Assembly: GCF_000150275.1 (NCBI RefSeq)
Contig: NW_002060950.1
Span: 1,910,106-1,974,105 of the forward strand
DNA: 64,000 nt
Direction of reading: 5' to 3'
Source of the DNA: Trichoplax adhaerens
Lineage: Eukaryota; Animalia; Placozoa
Position 1 is the stretch's first letter. Every line of letters begins with the position of its first letter. Shown one piece after another: positions 26,092-41,700 of this stretch. Made by a program: the position numbers and the translations under genes. The notes below the pieces were generated by a model that saw only the letters and a program-made list of their open reading frames with translations, did not search any database and was not told the origin of the DNA.

Positions 26092-28459
26092 TAATTGTAA
26101 AGAAATGTTATTCATCTGTGTATTATCTCACTTCGAATGTATACAAAATTAATAATAGATTTTGATATATAGTTTAAAGCACTTTAATGACCAGCTCCTA
26201 GAATCATCATGTCCTAAAGAGTATAATTCGCCGAGTTAGTAAAAATTCGCTTTGTGAATTTATTTAGATATGAATGTCAAATTTATTGCATAGTATGCTG
26301 TCCTCGTGCTTTATTTTACGTAATCTCGTTTGTTATACGCTTCTGATCAATTTATATCAGTTGTTATTTTAAGATTTATCAAGCAAGCACAATGTTAATC
26401 TACTGATGGTATTTTTAATATTTTAAATCACTTTTATCCTCATTAGCGCCTATTCATGTTTCTGATAAAAAGATTTCCATTGACGATATGTACCTGTAGT
26501 CATAATTTGCACGATTTGTTGATTCAAATTTAATGTTCATTAATTCGTTTATTTACAGTCCTAATAGCAATAGTCGAAGCGACTTTTAATAAAAGATTAT
26601 TTAAAGATCTTGATAGTGATATTCCGGTTGATACGTATGTGATCATATTTTAAGAGTACTACTGTGCATGAAATCATAAAAGCTATACAAAATACATTAA
26701 CCTAATTATACCTTTAGAATGCCGTATACCATTTATCTCGACAATGAAATGGTGATAGAGAAAGTAAAAAGCAAATCATACAAAATACACGTATTCATTG
26801 TACGTGTTTCAGCCGTGAGTAAAGAATTAAATCTCAAAGTGTTTAACGAATTTCCGAGCAACGGCAATGAACAAGTATGAGCATTAACGAAATAACTGTA
26901 TGGATTGTCAGAATTTCTGCGGCTCAATATTTATCAAATAAATGAAAGCAAGTCTCATGCAAGATTTGATTCCTTTTAATATAAGATCGCAAAAAATCTT
27001 TAACGCGAAATTAGTGCGCCGTAACAGAAACAGTATTTCCTTAAAGTCTACAACCACTGTATTATCAGATACCGCAATGTGCGGTAATATATCTGTTATA
27101 GTTGATTATGCACGTAAGACCTTTTCTAATATTCTAAATCACGTAAACATATCAGTGTAAGTTATTCTCGATCCACCGTCCACTTCTCTATTCTGGAATA
27201 ATTCATTAAAACGTATATTGGTTGGATTAACCTTTGAGTATTATTCCTAACTTTAATAAACTACATTTGGCATACTCAAAACTATCCTCTTACGGCAAAG
27301 TAACGCCAAGTTATAAATCCTTTAATAAAAATCTACATAATTTATCTGATAGGAATCTATCAAAATTTATCACTCCTAGCTTATAACATAATTAATCATG
27401 TAATTGTGGAGAAAATTCTTATTCCGAACATATATTTAAAAATAAGTAGTTCGTTTTATATGTATGCATCCACTTGAATTGATTTTAGATAAAAAATACA
27501 AGAGACTTATATAATAGCCTACAATTTCATATATTAAGATTCTTTTTTTTTATTCCGTTCTATAGCAGTTTTCGATCATACGCAAAATGTAAAGCGGTGC
27601 CCTTTCGATAATTGGTGATGATCTCCATGATTTGGCGAAGTTACATATAACTTACGTGCTTGGAATCTCTTTCGGGTATTTACTTCGGCGTTATCATTTT
27701 TAATAACTAAACTTATACTAGGAACATGAAAGAAGATTTATGGTATTTTTAATTTACTAATAGCAAGAATTTAATAAGAGTTATTAAGTTGATATTAGTC
27801 ACGTGATAGAAGAGAAAATTTCATTATAATTGTTATGTTTACCATCATCGTTTATCTAAATAATATGTTTGGAGATAATTCTTAGAAACATCTGCACGTT
27901 GAGAATCACGTCAAGGTTAATTAAAATATATCGATCGATTTACAATCTACAATTATCATTATTATATACTTCAATATCGTTACTGAAGCACGGGTGAGGT
28001 ATCAACCGTATTTCAAGTTCAATGCTTGGTCTCTATGCATTTAGTAATTTTAACATGTCATTCTGTTGAGATCAAAATGAGTCTTTCTTTTATTTATCTT
28101 TTTTCTTCTCTCTTAGTTTACACGAGAATTGCAATGCTTTCTTTAACTACATAAGTTGATTTATTTTCTACTTAATGTAATAAAACTCTAGGAATAACAC
28201 CATTAATGCTGCAGTCATGATTTCTGTATAGAATAGCCAATGCATGCTGAGATAGCCATCTTTTCATAAACAATGAATTCTTTCTTTAATATAACTATAA
28301 GTTAACTACTGAGTAAATTTTCTTTGCCAGACAATTAACTCTTTCAATGGTAAGGCCCTTTAAAGTATTTTACTTTAACGATTTCAATTGCAAACGATGA
28401 GTCATACTTTCAGATCCAATTTTACATTGAAATAAAGTTGATATTGTTAGAGTATGCAG

Positions 28460-28526
28460 TTGATGAATTAACTTGATGAATTAACTTGATGAATTAACGT
28501 GATGAATTAACTTGATGAATTAACTT
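28460..28526. repeat. 13-bp tandem repeat (TTGATGAATTAAC)x5
   Basis: Five near-perfect units read directly from the sequence; one has a T>G change. Confidence 0.9.
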
Positions 28527-29570
28527 AATGAAATTAAGTCAGACTATATTAAACGAAATAAACGTAAATCGTAGAATAGCACCTGAGTCTTTTGACCAAT
28601 TTGAAAGTTAGCTAAAACAAAGTAGCATTAATCTAATGCAGTTAACGAACTAAATAATATCGAATCCAAATATTAATATAAAGAAGAATAACATGCATGT
28701 GGAAAATTTTGTATTACCCTGAAGTCATGATGGTAACCACTACAGCTATAGATCATTTAATAGATTTATATGTTAAACTCAATACCCAGGATCAATCCTA
28801 GGATTGTCCAATTTCGAATATTGATCGCAACCTAACAATAAACAATTGGTGGAACTATGAATAGTTCAAAATGCAATGGATATTACACCGGTGAATGTTT
28901 CACTATGGCGCCTAAATAGTTTAAACCAGTGGGTTACGGAATGAAGGTAAGGTAGTACACTCAGTTAAGTATATTAAATTAGTATTGTCCCCTATATAAA
29001 TTATGGAAATATTTCATAAGAACGCTTCTTTTCCTGCCAAAATCTAAATTTCAAGAATGTCTGCTTTTACATTGATGGAGCTCATTTTGTTTATACGAAC
29101 TTGCGATAAACCTGTGTTATTTCATGTAAAGGCGCGGGTGATAATATAGATACGTAAAGAAACTGCCTTTAGTTTAAATGCTGTGATATAGTAATTAAAT
29201 AAAGTGAAATTCTTAGCGAAAACCTAAAGTTATGGACGGAAGCTACCCAAAACTATTCGCGTGACTGAACGAGTAGATATGAATCGGTCTTGTATGATAA
29301 AATGACGGAAAATTAACAAAAATACGAACGATTCTTCATTACTTAATTAGTAGTATAGATCTAGTAGTATACAGTATTGAATGTATGCTAAGAAGAAAGA
29401 AAGACTATGCATACAATGGAAATGTTGTACGTAGTAAAATGAACTACATTATTATTAGTAATGATAGTGTATACTGCAATAAAGCTTGGCCTGTGATTTC
29501 AATTTTTGAGATTTATAAGATGGTTCAGTCAAGACTTTTTTAGTGGTAATCAAAATTTAAAGTCTTGCAA

Positions 29571-29711
29571 TTAACCACGGATGCCAAGAAAGAAATCTGC
29601 CAAAGTCATGTTGAGGCACAAAATACCGAAACGTGCAACTGTTTTAGGATCTAAATAAGGCGAAGTCACTAAATATCGCTAACTAATTTTAAGTGAAATT
29701 CCACCGCAACA
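29571..29711 (-). pseudogene. Possible rhodopsin-class GPCR TM1-TM2 relic
   Basis: One minus frame reads CCGGISLKIS*RYLVTSPYLDPKTVARFGILCLNMTLADFFLGIRG*. LNMTLADFFLG resembles the TM2 NLxxAD motif. The match is short and interrupted by stops. Confidence 0.3.
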
Positions 29712-32700
29712 ATGTTTCACTTGAATATCGTGGTGTAAACATCTGTTGACATATACTAGCATATCTGCCTTCATTGGCCTGAAAGTTACTATTTTAGATT
29801 TCTTATATCTATTAGTGTTTATATTAATGAAAAGTGTCATAGATTATATTTTATTTACTACGATTACCTTTCAGCCAAGGTTATAACCACAAACAGCATT
29901 TTAGACTATTGCATCATAAAATACTTACTACCTTCATTATGCTTTCATTTTGCAAATGAAAATACGTATACTAATTATGCATTTATATGTTTAGACGATA
30001 TTTTGATTTGAACTCACTATTACGTTAAAGCACCAAATTTTAGATAGTACTAGTAATTGTTGAGCATAAAGTAAACTTTTACAGTAGAAATTGCTAGGCA
30101 GCGTGGTATGGCATAAAGTTAAGCTTTGTACATCTCAAATTAATACCCTAAGTTCGCTATGTATGACAAGAACGGGTAAATGTGATCGATTTCATGCGGC
30201 ACTATAGATTCTTAGAATTAGACCTAATTGAGTTACCTACAACAAATTTGTTGCTATTTGACTAGAGCCCATTTCTTTCCTACTTGTGTAAGGTTTCAGA
30301 TATCTATCTGTAACCAACTACTCTATTTCACGGGAATTATTCTATTCACAAAGATACGTTCCCTAATTTCTGACGGCTCTGAAATCAACACAATGAATGC
30401 AATATCAATTCTAGAACTTTCTTAACTCATCATTAGTGGTATCATCTAAAATTATAATAGCATGTTATTAATTTGTCATTACACGATGGTATGGTGTAAA
30501 TAAGCGAATAGGATATAAACGCTAAGGTCGTAAAGTTTTTACACGGTTACTAGTTGTGTATATATACAGAGTAATGCATAAAAGAATGAAACTTCATCTA
30601 TAGAACCATTCTTTAGCTGGACTTTTCTAAAATCTTCTGTTTGTGGTATCATAGTATCGTCATCATTATGTCATAAATTACAGGCTTATTCCACTAATTT
30701 TCTGAATTACCAACAAAATCAGAGTTTATTAGTTTAGTGATGGCGAAATATCAAAACTGTTATCAATATATTATATAAAATTTAAACTAATCAAAGCTTA
30801 AAATTGAAAGTAATTTCATCTAAGTTGAGTAAATTAAGTTATGCTTTTAAATGGATAGAATGAATAATTTTAGTTTCACGGAAAACGATATTATTTATTG
30901 GATTTTGGTCACATATAGAGACATATAATATGCAACTGACACGCTTTGAAGATTCTAGTTTATGATCTCGCGACTATAATGAGTAAAATACATAAATAGT
31001 TTCACCATTTCTATAAAATTACCCCTTAAATTCACCGAAGTAAAATCAAAAAATGCTCATCTAGTAGAGTTTGATATGCTTATAGTAATTTAATTCGATA
31101 AAGAACTTGTATTAATGTCTATTTTACTAAATCTCTTATGGCTATTAAATATGAAAAATTTAGAAAATAAGTTTTTCCTACGTGCGATATGGTATGAATA
31201 AAGTAGAAAATAGATTTTTCTAGACGGGAATATTAAATATTTTCGTAATGTTTCTATCATGATATCGATAATAATTTAAGTATCGAGCTACATTTGATTT
31301 AATAAATAATAATAATATAACATTACCCGATATCAATAGTGTTCGAACGCCGCATCGCCTCGCTTAGAATTGACGATTGAGATCCAAACCATGTAATCAT
31401 CAAGAGTTTAAGAAGATTTTCTTTATAGTTCGGTGCCAATCACGATGAAATTAATTAAATTACTTTTTTATGACCATCTTTGACGCAATTAAGATAATTT
31501 TGCTATTTCTATGATAGGAGGTAATTACAATTATAGAGGTTCCGATACTAGTAAGGAATGGTTTAATAAATTTGTGATGATTATTAATTCAGACGGCATA
31601 AGGAATTATAAAATATTGGTATCATATGATCGTTCTTCTACTTAACATCCTTCCAACTTATTTAGCACCAAAGTTAGCACGTTTATCGCTTACTCGTCAA
31701 AACAAATTTTATCGCTAGTTTTCACTGATATACCGTGGTATGTCGTAAGCTGTAGTATACGCGTATAATGTCTGACATCTAAACTTTCTATGTGGAGAAC
31801 GGAACTAATTTTAATTCGATAGCGATGATGCTTATGCTAATATGTACAGATTACTTAGAAACTAGAAATACTAACAAGGTTTCACCATTTATTTCGGTTT
31901 AAGCTTTAACATGCGCTCTAATTGTACAATTGCTATTATTTTTTCTTAATATGATTTATAAATTGTTCACTGCAATGTTTTCCAATGGTGTTACAAATGC
32001 GTCCAGGCTTACGACATAAAGCAGTGGCTATTAAATTAAAATTTTAATATATGATAAAATTTATAATGAGCAGTGTATAAAGAATGATTCCTTCTCTTAT
32101 TAGCGTTAAAGATGAAGTAAAAGACAATAGCAAGCCTTAAACACATTTATTTGCTTGTAAAGTCTTATGATTAAAGTACATTTTAGGAATAAATTCCCAA
32201 GATAAACGAGTTGTCTTAGTTTCTTCATCAGTCTTTAAATACACAAACTTATAATCATTCTACTGTGCAATTAGTTCTACCTTGTAAATGATACTATGTT
32301 TTATGATACGACTTTTACGGAATTAAAGTACTTGAAGTTGTTATGATAAAGGCGGTAATGTCAAGCATCGTTCACATTTGAAGTTAGCCGTATAAATTTC
32401 TAGTTCTGATCACGAATTATGATATAAGTGCCTTAATACGACCATCCATGAAATACTTAATTTATTAATAGGCAGTAGTGGAACCTCATTCTTTGCTTGT
32501 ATGCGCTATAAATCATGGAATTGTTCTTGCTGGCCTTAGCTAACTTTATGATTTATAATAAAACCCATTGTAATTATAAATTTATGTCCAACGGCATCTG
32601 ACATCTAATGGCAAACCCTGTTAATTATAGAATTAATTATTGTCTTTCAGTTTATTCCTTCTAATTCAGGCGGTCATACCCATACCTACAATACAATAAT

Positions 32701-35700
32701 ATGAGAGAAAATTATTCTTTATTGAGAGAAAATCTAATTTCCTATATGCTTGCATTTTCATTCGTTTACTAACTGGAAAAATGATTTCATGGTCGTATTT
32801 ACATATATTCTAAAATTGTATGAAAGTTTGATATCGCAACATGTAAGGAATTATCCAACTGCTGTATTACTAATTATGATGGTAGAACACAAAGTAACTA
32901 GAATATTATGATGCTACAGTATAAGTATAGATTGAGGTACACTCATAATTTCGTTATTGCTATATTTTCAGGCTTCAGAACACGTCAAGAAATGTCTATT
33001 ATCTAATTTTTGCAACTCATCGCAAATTCAGTTTGTTGAGATTTCTCGATGAAATACAAAACTATTCTAATCACTTTGCTTTCTGAAGACTTTGGTATAA
33101 TTCTCTTAATCTTTACTAACTCATGTTATCTAGATGTATGATGAACAGTAAGAGCAAAAGTGTTGAATTAGAACTATAGCCTAATTCAACTAGGAATTTA
33201 TATCTGTATATATGGAATGTCCTGATTGAGTTTTAATGTTCAATAAATTACCATAAAGACCTAAGTTGATGAATACAATGAAAACATTTGCTAATAAAGA
33301 ATATGTATGTGATCGAAGATGCGATATTCAAGTAGTTAGAATAAATCACCATACTACAAATATAATTTATATATTTGAATATACTAATTTATTACCGATT
33401 CACAATATGCGCCTAAATCTTTGTATTAGTTGCGTAAGAAGTGATCACACCAATAAAAGATTTGTCACACCTGACAATTTACTTACCTTACCGTAATAAA
33501 GATACAGTTAATTTCATTTTGTAGAGACAATTAAGCATATTCTACATGAAACCAACTTGTACGTTACCAAAATTTAATTTAATGATTACTTTCTTATATT
33601 AGTAATAGGCGGTAAAGGGAGAGAGGTTCCCTATTTCTTATTCGTAATATTGATTATATCATCATAAATATGGATTAATATGCCATTTATGACAATCTAT
33701 TTTAGCCTTGGATAAAACAGTGAGTTTCGTAAATAAGTTTGATTATTTCATAATGTCTTTTTCGATTAGCAATGTAGTAAATATTTAACAAGTATAAACC
33801 CGCAAAAGCAATACTGCAATGATAAAATAAAAATTACTTCAGTCTGTGTAATTGAAAGCTGTCCATTATGATTAGTATTCTAAGTTGACAGTGTCTTCCT
33901 TCTTAAATAATGAAAGATTAATGTCCTATACATACGAATGTATGAATATCATCAATTTAATTTATAGAATTGATAACCCTATACGATTGATTCATTAAAT
34001 TAGAAATATTTGCTTAACATAGATATTGAAATAGAATTATCAGTATATGAAGGAAAAGAATCAGCCAGAAGGAAGGAAATAAGAAACATTACAAAGATAA
34101 AATAATAACGCTATTAGTTTGAAAGTTTAAAGCGAATCGATAAAGAATAATTGGTTATAGAACTAACTTCTCAGTTAATGAAGACGAGGTAATTATTAAT
34201 TTTTTCTACTTTGTCTACTGTCTAGACAATCTCAATTATAATATTATATGCAAAATAATTGCTCCTATCCTTATGACGTAACTTAACACAGATAATACTT
34301 TAGTTTCTCATTGTCATTACTTCAGTGCGGAAAATCTTCTTTACTATCAATAAAACAGAATGATTTATAAGAGTAAACTATTTTTTAGAACTACAAATTA
34401 TATAATAGTATATATCAGATGTCATCATAAATAAAGTTTATATCTTTACCCAAGAGTTTATCTTGGGCTTATATCATTAACTCTAGAGGGCTATTGCGTC
34501 GAGCTGATCTATTTTCCATTCTAGATACATGCCAATTTATTGTATTTACGCACTGAAATTTACTAAATCGTAGTATACTATAATTTTAGGTATGATAATA
34601 TAAAACTTATAGGAAGTGTAATATTAGTTACCAAGGATAATAGTGTTTTAATCTAAGGATTTTGTCTAAATGAAGTAGGAAGGGAGAAGAGAGTACAGCT
34701 ACATCCTGCCGGTTATTGTATCTGGATTTGATTCATCACTTACACATATATTACTACAATAGTGAAAGGAATGGCTCTATCCTCACAGGTTAACGATTAT
34801 TGTTTAAATACTTTACAAAATCTCATTTTGCTAAGATACGATAAGAAAAGAGACGGCTGCATCCTGTAAGATGAAAAAGTTGATTATATCGTTGACATGA
34901 CATATACCCAGGTGGGCTATCCACGTATCGTAATAATGTAGGATATATCGTTCCATCTGAATAATAAGATACTCTATGTTATTATCGACTAAAACTTATA
35001 CAGTTCAAAGCTAAATGAACAAAGTTGATTTGGAATGCTTTCACCATATCATGCTAATTATAACAACGTCTGAAAAGAGAATTCTATTCCATAATACTTT
35101 CAGAAATAAAGGACACGATAAGTTAGCTAGGAAGATATCGTAGTCATTAAAATCAGCTATATCCAGCAGGCTATCGTAGCATTAAATCAAGTTTATTGGC
35201 ATTAGCAACATGCAAAATGTACTTAATAAGAATGCAATAAACAAACAATTTAGATCTTTCATTCATGAATTATTCTCTTACAATCGAGGAAATTTTACCA
35301 CATTAATCTATCTATTTGAAAATTGAAATCATTGTAAGGCTACCAATTGCTACTGGAAAGTTCATTATTAGTTGCTTAAGTTGAATCAGTTACGATTGAT
35401 AGAGATGAAATAACATCAGAAATCATCATCACCTGTATTAGTGTTTTTATTCAGAAATATTAAAGTAAATGGAATGACACCTAACTATTCTGATAATCCT
35501 GTCACTGTCATTTCTTCTTCCATTTATATTTTACTACATGATTGCGCTCAAATAATGTCTTGACACGTTAAATTGTAAATGCTAGAATTCAATTACTATA
35601 TTGTAATTACAAGTTCTCTCTGAAGTTGTTCGATCATTTACCAAGAAAGTGCGGATATAATTATGTACATAAACTTATTTGAGTAGTTTATCCTCCCGAT

Positions 35701-38700
35701 TTAGATATTAATTTTACAGCATGGAATTATTGGATCAAACTTGGTGTCACATATAAGAGAATAAGATATCAATGAATTCCATTTGTACCAACTAAGATTA
35801 AAACTAAAGTGAAGGGCTGAGGCTATCAATTTTTAAATACCAAGTCATCTTTTTATTACAGAAATGATTGCGAAGTCAAACTATTGACTACGCATATTAC
35901 TTGAGTAGAGGTGAATTTAATCAAGGGTTATAAGATACAATGAAGAATATAGAGGGAAATTATATAATATTATCCAACTTACTAAGAAAAATAGAGCTAC
36001 ACCTGTATCGAGGTATTGTCTACTTCAATCAATAATGTTCGGAAGTCCCTAGTTAACAGTTAGTATTATACAAATAATTCAATCAAAAATCAATGCAATT
36101 TCAACTCCAATTCTTTTACAATGATGTCAATTGGAAAACTAAAGCTATTTTAGTCGATTAATAACTGATTACGTTATTGGAATTAGCCACAATAGGTTTA
36201 AGTCTAAATTTAAACCAATAGATACTGATCGATTTGAAAAGATTGTGTCTAAAGTCCATTTTTCTTTCTAACATTGCTTACTATGAACACGTATAAAATA
36301 TTTAACTTATTAAACAGCTTATTTTCCTTTCCACCTTTACTATTATCTATCAAACTTACGTCTATCTGGCTACTAAAATAATATACCCAAACTGTAGCTA
36401 CAAGAGAATGCAGGAATAATATCAAATCTTAGATCGAGACGTCTACTAGACTACCATATAAATAATATTTGCTACTGTAATCTTCAGCTGAGACAACCAT
36501 TATTTGTACTAGCAAACATTAAGTAATAATAATATGACGATATTAATTGTATTGATACTATGATTACAAAAAACGTTATCGTTATATATAGATTGAAAAT
36601 GATAATTTCCTTTCCTTTACAAATTCTTGTTTCAAGCTCTATGTTCGCGCATTATCTAAGTAATACTTAAAGAATCTATAAATCAATAAATTCAGGAATT
36701 TTTATATATGAAAAGTGTTCTATTTTCCTTTCCTATTAAAGAAAATTAAATTGTCATAAGGGAATACTATGATCTAGATAATGATAACTAAAATTTATTT
36801 CAACCTTTCTAGCCCCGATTTTAATATTTACTTTTCAAGCCATGCTTTAATATTATAAACATTATTAATTAGCAACATTTTAAACCAGCTAAGCTTTAGC
36901 TTAAAGCTTGAGTAAAAGTGCATGGTTTCTTTAAACGATAACAATTAAATATTATTAAAGCGCATCTCACAGATTTATTCCATTTAATTCATGCTATTAG
37001 AATCATGGCGATGACATTAATACTCTTCCGGGTATACAATTTTCAACTTATCACATCTACTGCTTGTAAACAGTAAACATACAGACAGCCATATTTTGTT
37101 AGTTTCTGTCGTTAGCGTAATGTGTAGTAATACCTTCTCATAAATGTAACGCAGGACAAGCAGTAGATTTTTAATGCCATGATCAATTTTTATGCGATAT
37201 TCTTTATTTACTTGACATGATCAAAAAATAACCCAGGTGATTTTTATTTAATTACGCTGTACACTCTACTTTACGTACAGTTACGCATGATGAATTATTT
37301 GCCATTACCATAAATCATCGATCGAATATGAAGCAAATGTTTAGCTACTTTATCACTTTATTCAAATCTAGCCATTGATTCTAATTTGAAAGAGTTTACG
37401 TCATTCGACGATGGCAATAAATTGATTCAGTAAAATATAAAAGGCGGTATAGCAATCATAAAGAAAGTTGATTACTCGCGTGGCATTGAAATTAGGCTTT
37501 CAGTTAATAAGAAGTAAACGAGTGCGTCAAAAATAGTTTTAAATTTTAATGTTATTTTAATCTTTTATTTCATAATTCTTCTAATATTGAATTTGTCACT
37601 ATTGAATGCTTATAAATTTATGTTTAAAATTCTTGGATTGGATGCAATTTATTAATCAACTACTGATTATTTAGACATTGATTGACACTCATATCACCTG
37701 CAGATAGCAAAGAGCACGTATAGGTGATTATTAAAGGTTTAAAATTAAAAAAATGAAGTTCTGTTGATAATCAATAATAGTAGCTAAAGAGAGAGGAAAT
37801 TATACTACGGAAATAGGTCTCACAATATGCAGCCGATCAAGTGGTTGGATGATCTCTATCTATAGTTCATTAGATGGTATTGTTTCGATATCCATTGCAT
37901 TTTTAATTGATTGATTTTATTTTTAGTATTCAGGAAATGTGCAAGAAACAAACGTAGCTCTTATTTCATAATCATTATAAATTGATTTTCAATTTTACCT
38001 AGCTTGAGTGAAAGAGCAACGAAAGTATTCTATCAACTTATATATTCTTAACATTAAGCCATGAATAACCTACACCTATTTTTCGCATTGCAGAATAACT
38101 ATTGTTAACATTAGTTAAATTGTGTACACTACTGTATTTTTTATACTCCTACTTGGTTATATCAAGAATAATATAATAATTATTTTTTGTTCGTATTGAT
38201 ATCGCAATGCTTAAGAGATTTTCTCATATTACGAAAGCGTAAATTCTATTACATACTATAGGACTTACATTTTATATAGTTATTTATAACTTCCCTATAA
38301 TATAATTAGACAATTTTACTTAACTAAACATTGTTCCTGATGCCAAATTCTTCTCTTTTCTCTCGATATTTTTTATCAATGCATTAAATAAAATTGATCT
38401 TCACTTGTACCTTTATAAATTCAACATCAATACCTATCAATTATCATTCTAGAATCATCTCTACATTTGAAATGAAAGAATGGATTAAAAGAATAATGAT
38501 TGCAATATTGATAACTAATTATGCCAAAATATCTTGGCAATTGTATTTAAAACAAGAATGTTGAAATTTATAGCTTGATCGATTTAGCCTAAGATAATGA
38601 TATTGTAGTCTCTTAATTGCTCCTACATTCACAGAATAATGATACGATCGAAAATCAGTAAGTATCCATGTATGTCGATGGAATGCATTATATATATACG

Positions 38701-41700
38701 CCTCCGTTGATTTCTACTTCCTATCTGGCTCACTAAATCTTTTAAAATAGGCTAATTTCTCAGTTACGGTAAATCTCATTTATACAGAATAAAGTCAAAC
38801 TCTCTATCTATTATGTACGATAGTGGCTGTTACATATTTCATTTTTGGCATCAAAAACTCAATATCCTGCTTTAAACAATTTGATTATTGTTATTATTCT
38901 ACTGAATAATGATTAGGTAAGATAACTGGCTGGCTATTAAGCAAGATTGTTTCTAGAACATATAGACAGGAAGATTACATGACTTGCATCGACGATATAG
39001 GCATGTCAGCATTTTATCTTGATTTGTTGTTATTGTTGCAATTTGAAAAAGTGCAGAATAGATCAATATTGCGCCAATAGATAGCTTTTGAATCATGATG
39101 GCAATAGGATCAACAGTTCAATAGCAATTGTCAAGTCATTTTTTTATTTTTCGCTTGACGTCCGTTGTATTTCTACGTTTTAGATAGCTAATAATCAACT
39201 GAAATCTATTTCATTTAGCAGGATTGAAAGATACTGCATAAGATAGCTATCTATTGAATTTTTAAAAACATTCAAAAGCTATATAAATAATCAACAGTAA
39301 TCGATTAACCATAAAAATATCCCTAATCATCCATGTGAATAACCGGTAGCAATTAATTTCTAGTCATAAGTAAAAAGATTAACCAAATATTTTATAACTT
39401 CACGTCTTTATCATATAATTCATATAGAGTTTCATCTCATCATTCACGGCAAAGTATTAAAATAAGGACATCGGGAATTAATCAAAGACTTTTAATAAGG
39501 TAAAAAATGAGAATAAACTGATAACTATACGAGTAATTTAGTAGAAAAAGACAAAATAATGTTGTAAGCCTTGTTACCATTTAGTTAATCATTTTTAAAT
39601 CTGTGATTAATGTTTATTTTACTTGTCCTGATTTTTTCTTCTTTATCTTACATTAAAAAATTTTAAATGTCTTCAACGATATGACCCCTATTGATCCTAC
39701 TTATTAAATTTACCGCTACATGATTCAAAAAATCAATATTTCGTAGTATAAGTATGTAACTAAACTCGTATTGAGTTCAAATACAGACGAGAAATGATAG
39801 CATGCCGCATTTATCTTATAATCAGTGATAAAATTCATCGTCAAGTAGAGAATATAAAGAAGTTATCCATTCCATGTTGATTAACTTGTAGGATAGGATA
39901 TACTAATTTAATCGACTGAATATATGCACAGGTAGTAACGGAAATATTGGCATTCTTTAGATAGAAATACTTTCATTTATAGGATATATAGCTCATGAGT
40001 TAAAACTAATAAAGATCATGACCATTATCATCAGAAGGAAAAATTCTAACCTATATCTTAATTCAATTCTTCGTTTATAGCTTATAATAACCTTGATGAA
40101 AAATAAACATGCTGAGTTATTTATTTCATTCAATTAATTCAATCAAACGCCTTTTTCCCGCACTTATGTCGTAAATTTTAATTTTGTTTCGCTGTGTTAA
40201 TTGAATAAGATACTTATGTGAGAGTAATAGATACCACCTCAATTAGGCTGTTATTCGGTATTTATTGGGCACAATATTAATTAGCAGATTTTAATTCTGA
40301 TATTTTTATAATAAGATATTTACAGTAAGAGTAATTGAATGGCTAATGAAAGCTTTTTCCAGATAGCTACATGAGTCGTTTTAGTGATAAAATTATTAAT
40401 ATAGCACATCCTCATCTTCTAGCTCTATTCAACAAATTAGCGTCACTAAACAGGCAGATAATCGTTCAATAATTTACTATTTTTCTTCGGGGATATCTAA
40501 ATGATTAGAATAATATCGCTCGTTTTTCACTGATCCTGTCCATGATTAGTAATAATGTGGGAGGAATTGAAATCCATTAATATCCGAATATATTAACCAA
40601 GCCATCTGCTTTATAAACTGATAACAATTAAGATTGTAATAAGTCTTCTATATAACAATCTTGCTAATATTCAAGACTTAGCTATAATATCGCAAATTCG
40701 CTTTACTGATATACCGCAGCTTTTACTTGCAGTCTTAAGTAATTGTATCTGACTTACCGATATCGTTTTGTTCCCATTCTCAACCCATTTCAGATAAAGA
40801 TGACTACGCTATTATTATAACTATTTTAACTGATTGTCTTGATAGCTATTAATACACAAATCACTAAAATTGCTATTACATAGCTGATAAACTATGCCAC
40901 AAAGTGCATATATGATGATAGACAACATTTCACTATCAATCAATTTCCCATAAAAAACTGTGCAATTAAGTCAACCAATAATCGCACAATAAGATAACAA
41001 CCTTTGTTAGTATGACTATTTAAATAAGCATGAGAATTGAGATTATCTATCTAATTTCAATCACAACTTTGCTCATTCAATAAGAAACAATTATCAATCG
41101 AAAATATAAAATAAAAATTCACTTTTATAGAAATTAGCGTTATCAAATTACTGCATAGTACAATAAAGAATGATTAAAACCGTCTTTGACTTCAGATGGA
41201 ATTTATTTTATGACATGTTTTTTAGTATCACCAACATAGTTGTTGTTGATTGTATAGGGCAAATAGGGAAAATTTATTTTCAATCCCTATTAAAGTGGAG
41301 CTTTGTAAGCTAAGTAGAGGAAATGAAACCGTAAGACGAGCCGTAAGAATTGCGATCACAGATTCCGAAAAGTCAATCTCATTGCCGGCAGATTGATAAC
41401 ATGCGATAATCTAAGTTATTCTTACAATCAGTAACGATATTTACATTTTATTGCTCAATTTTTCTTCAGAAAACCTAACTTTACTTAAAATTTACCAATG
41501 TCATCCGGTCTGGCTTTCTCACCCTGATAAAATCTAATTGATGAAACAACAATAGCTGTAATTTGACAGTATATCTTTAATAAATTAAATGGAAGGCTAA
41601 TGCCCAATGCTATTTAACAATCAATAGCGCTGCAGCTGCTAGTAATGGTCGAAGATATTCATACATAACATATATACAATTTAATTCTAGATATGATTAG

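Noticed and set aside
28460-28526. CRISPR-like array
   Set aside because: The repeats are contiguous with no unique spacers, and the context is eukaryotic.
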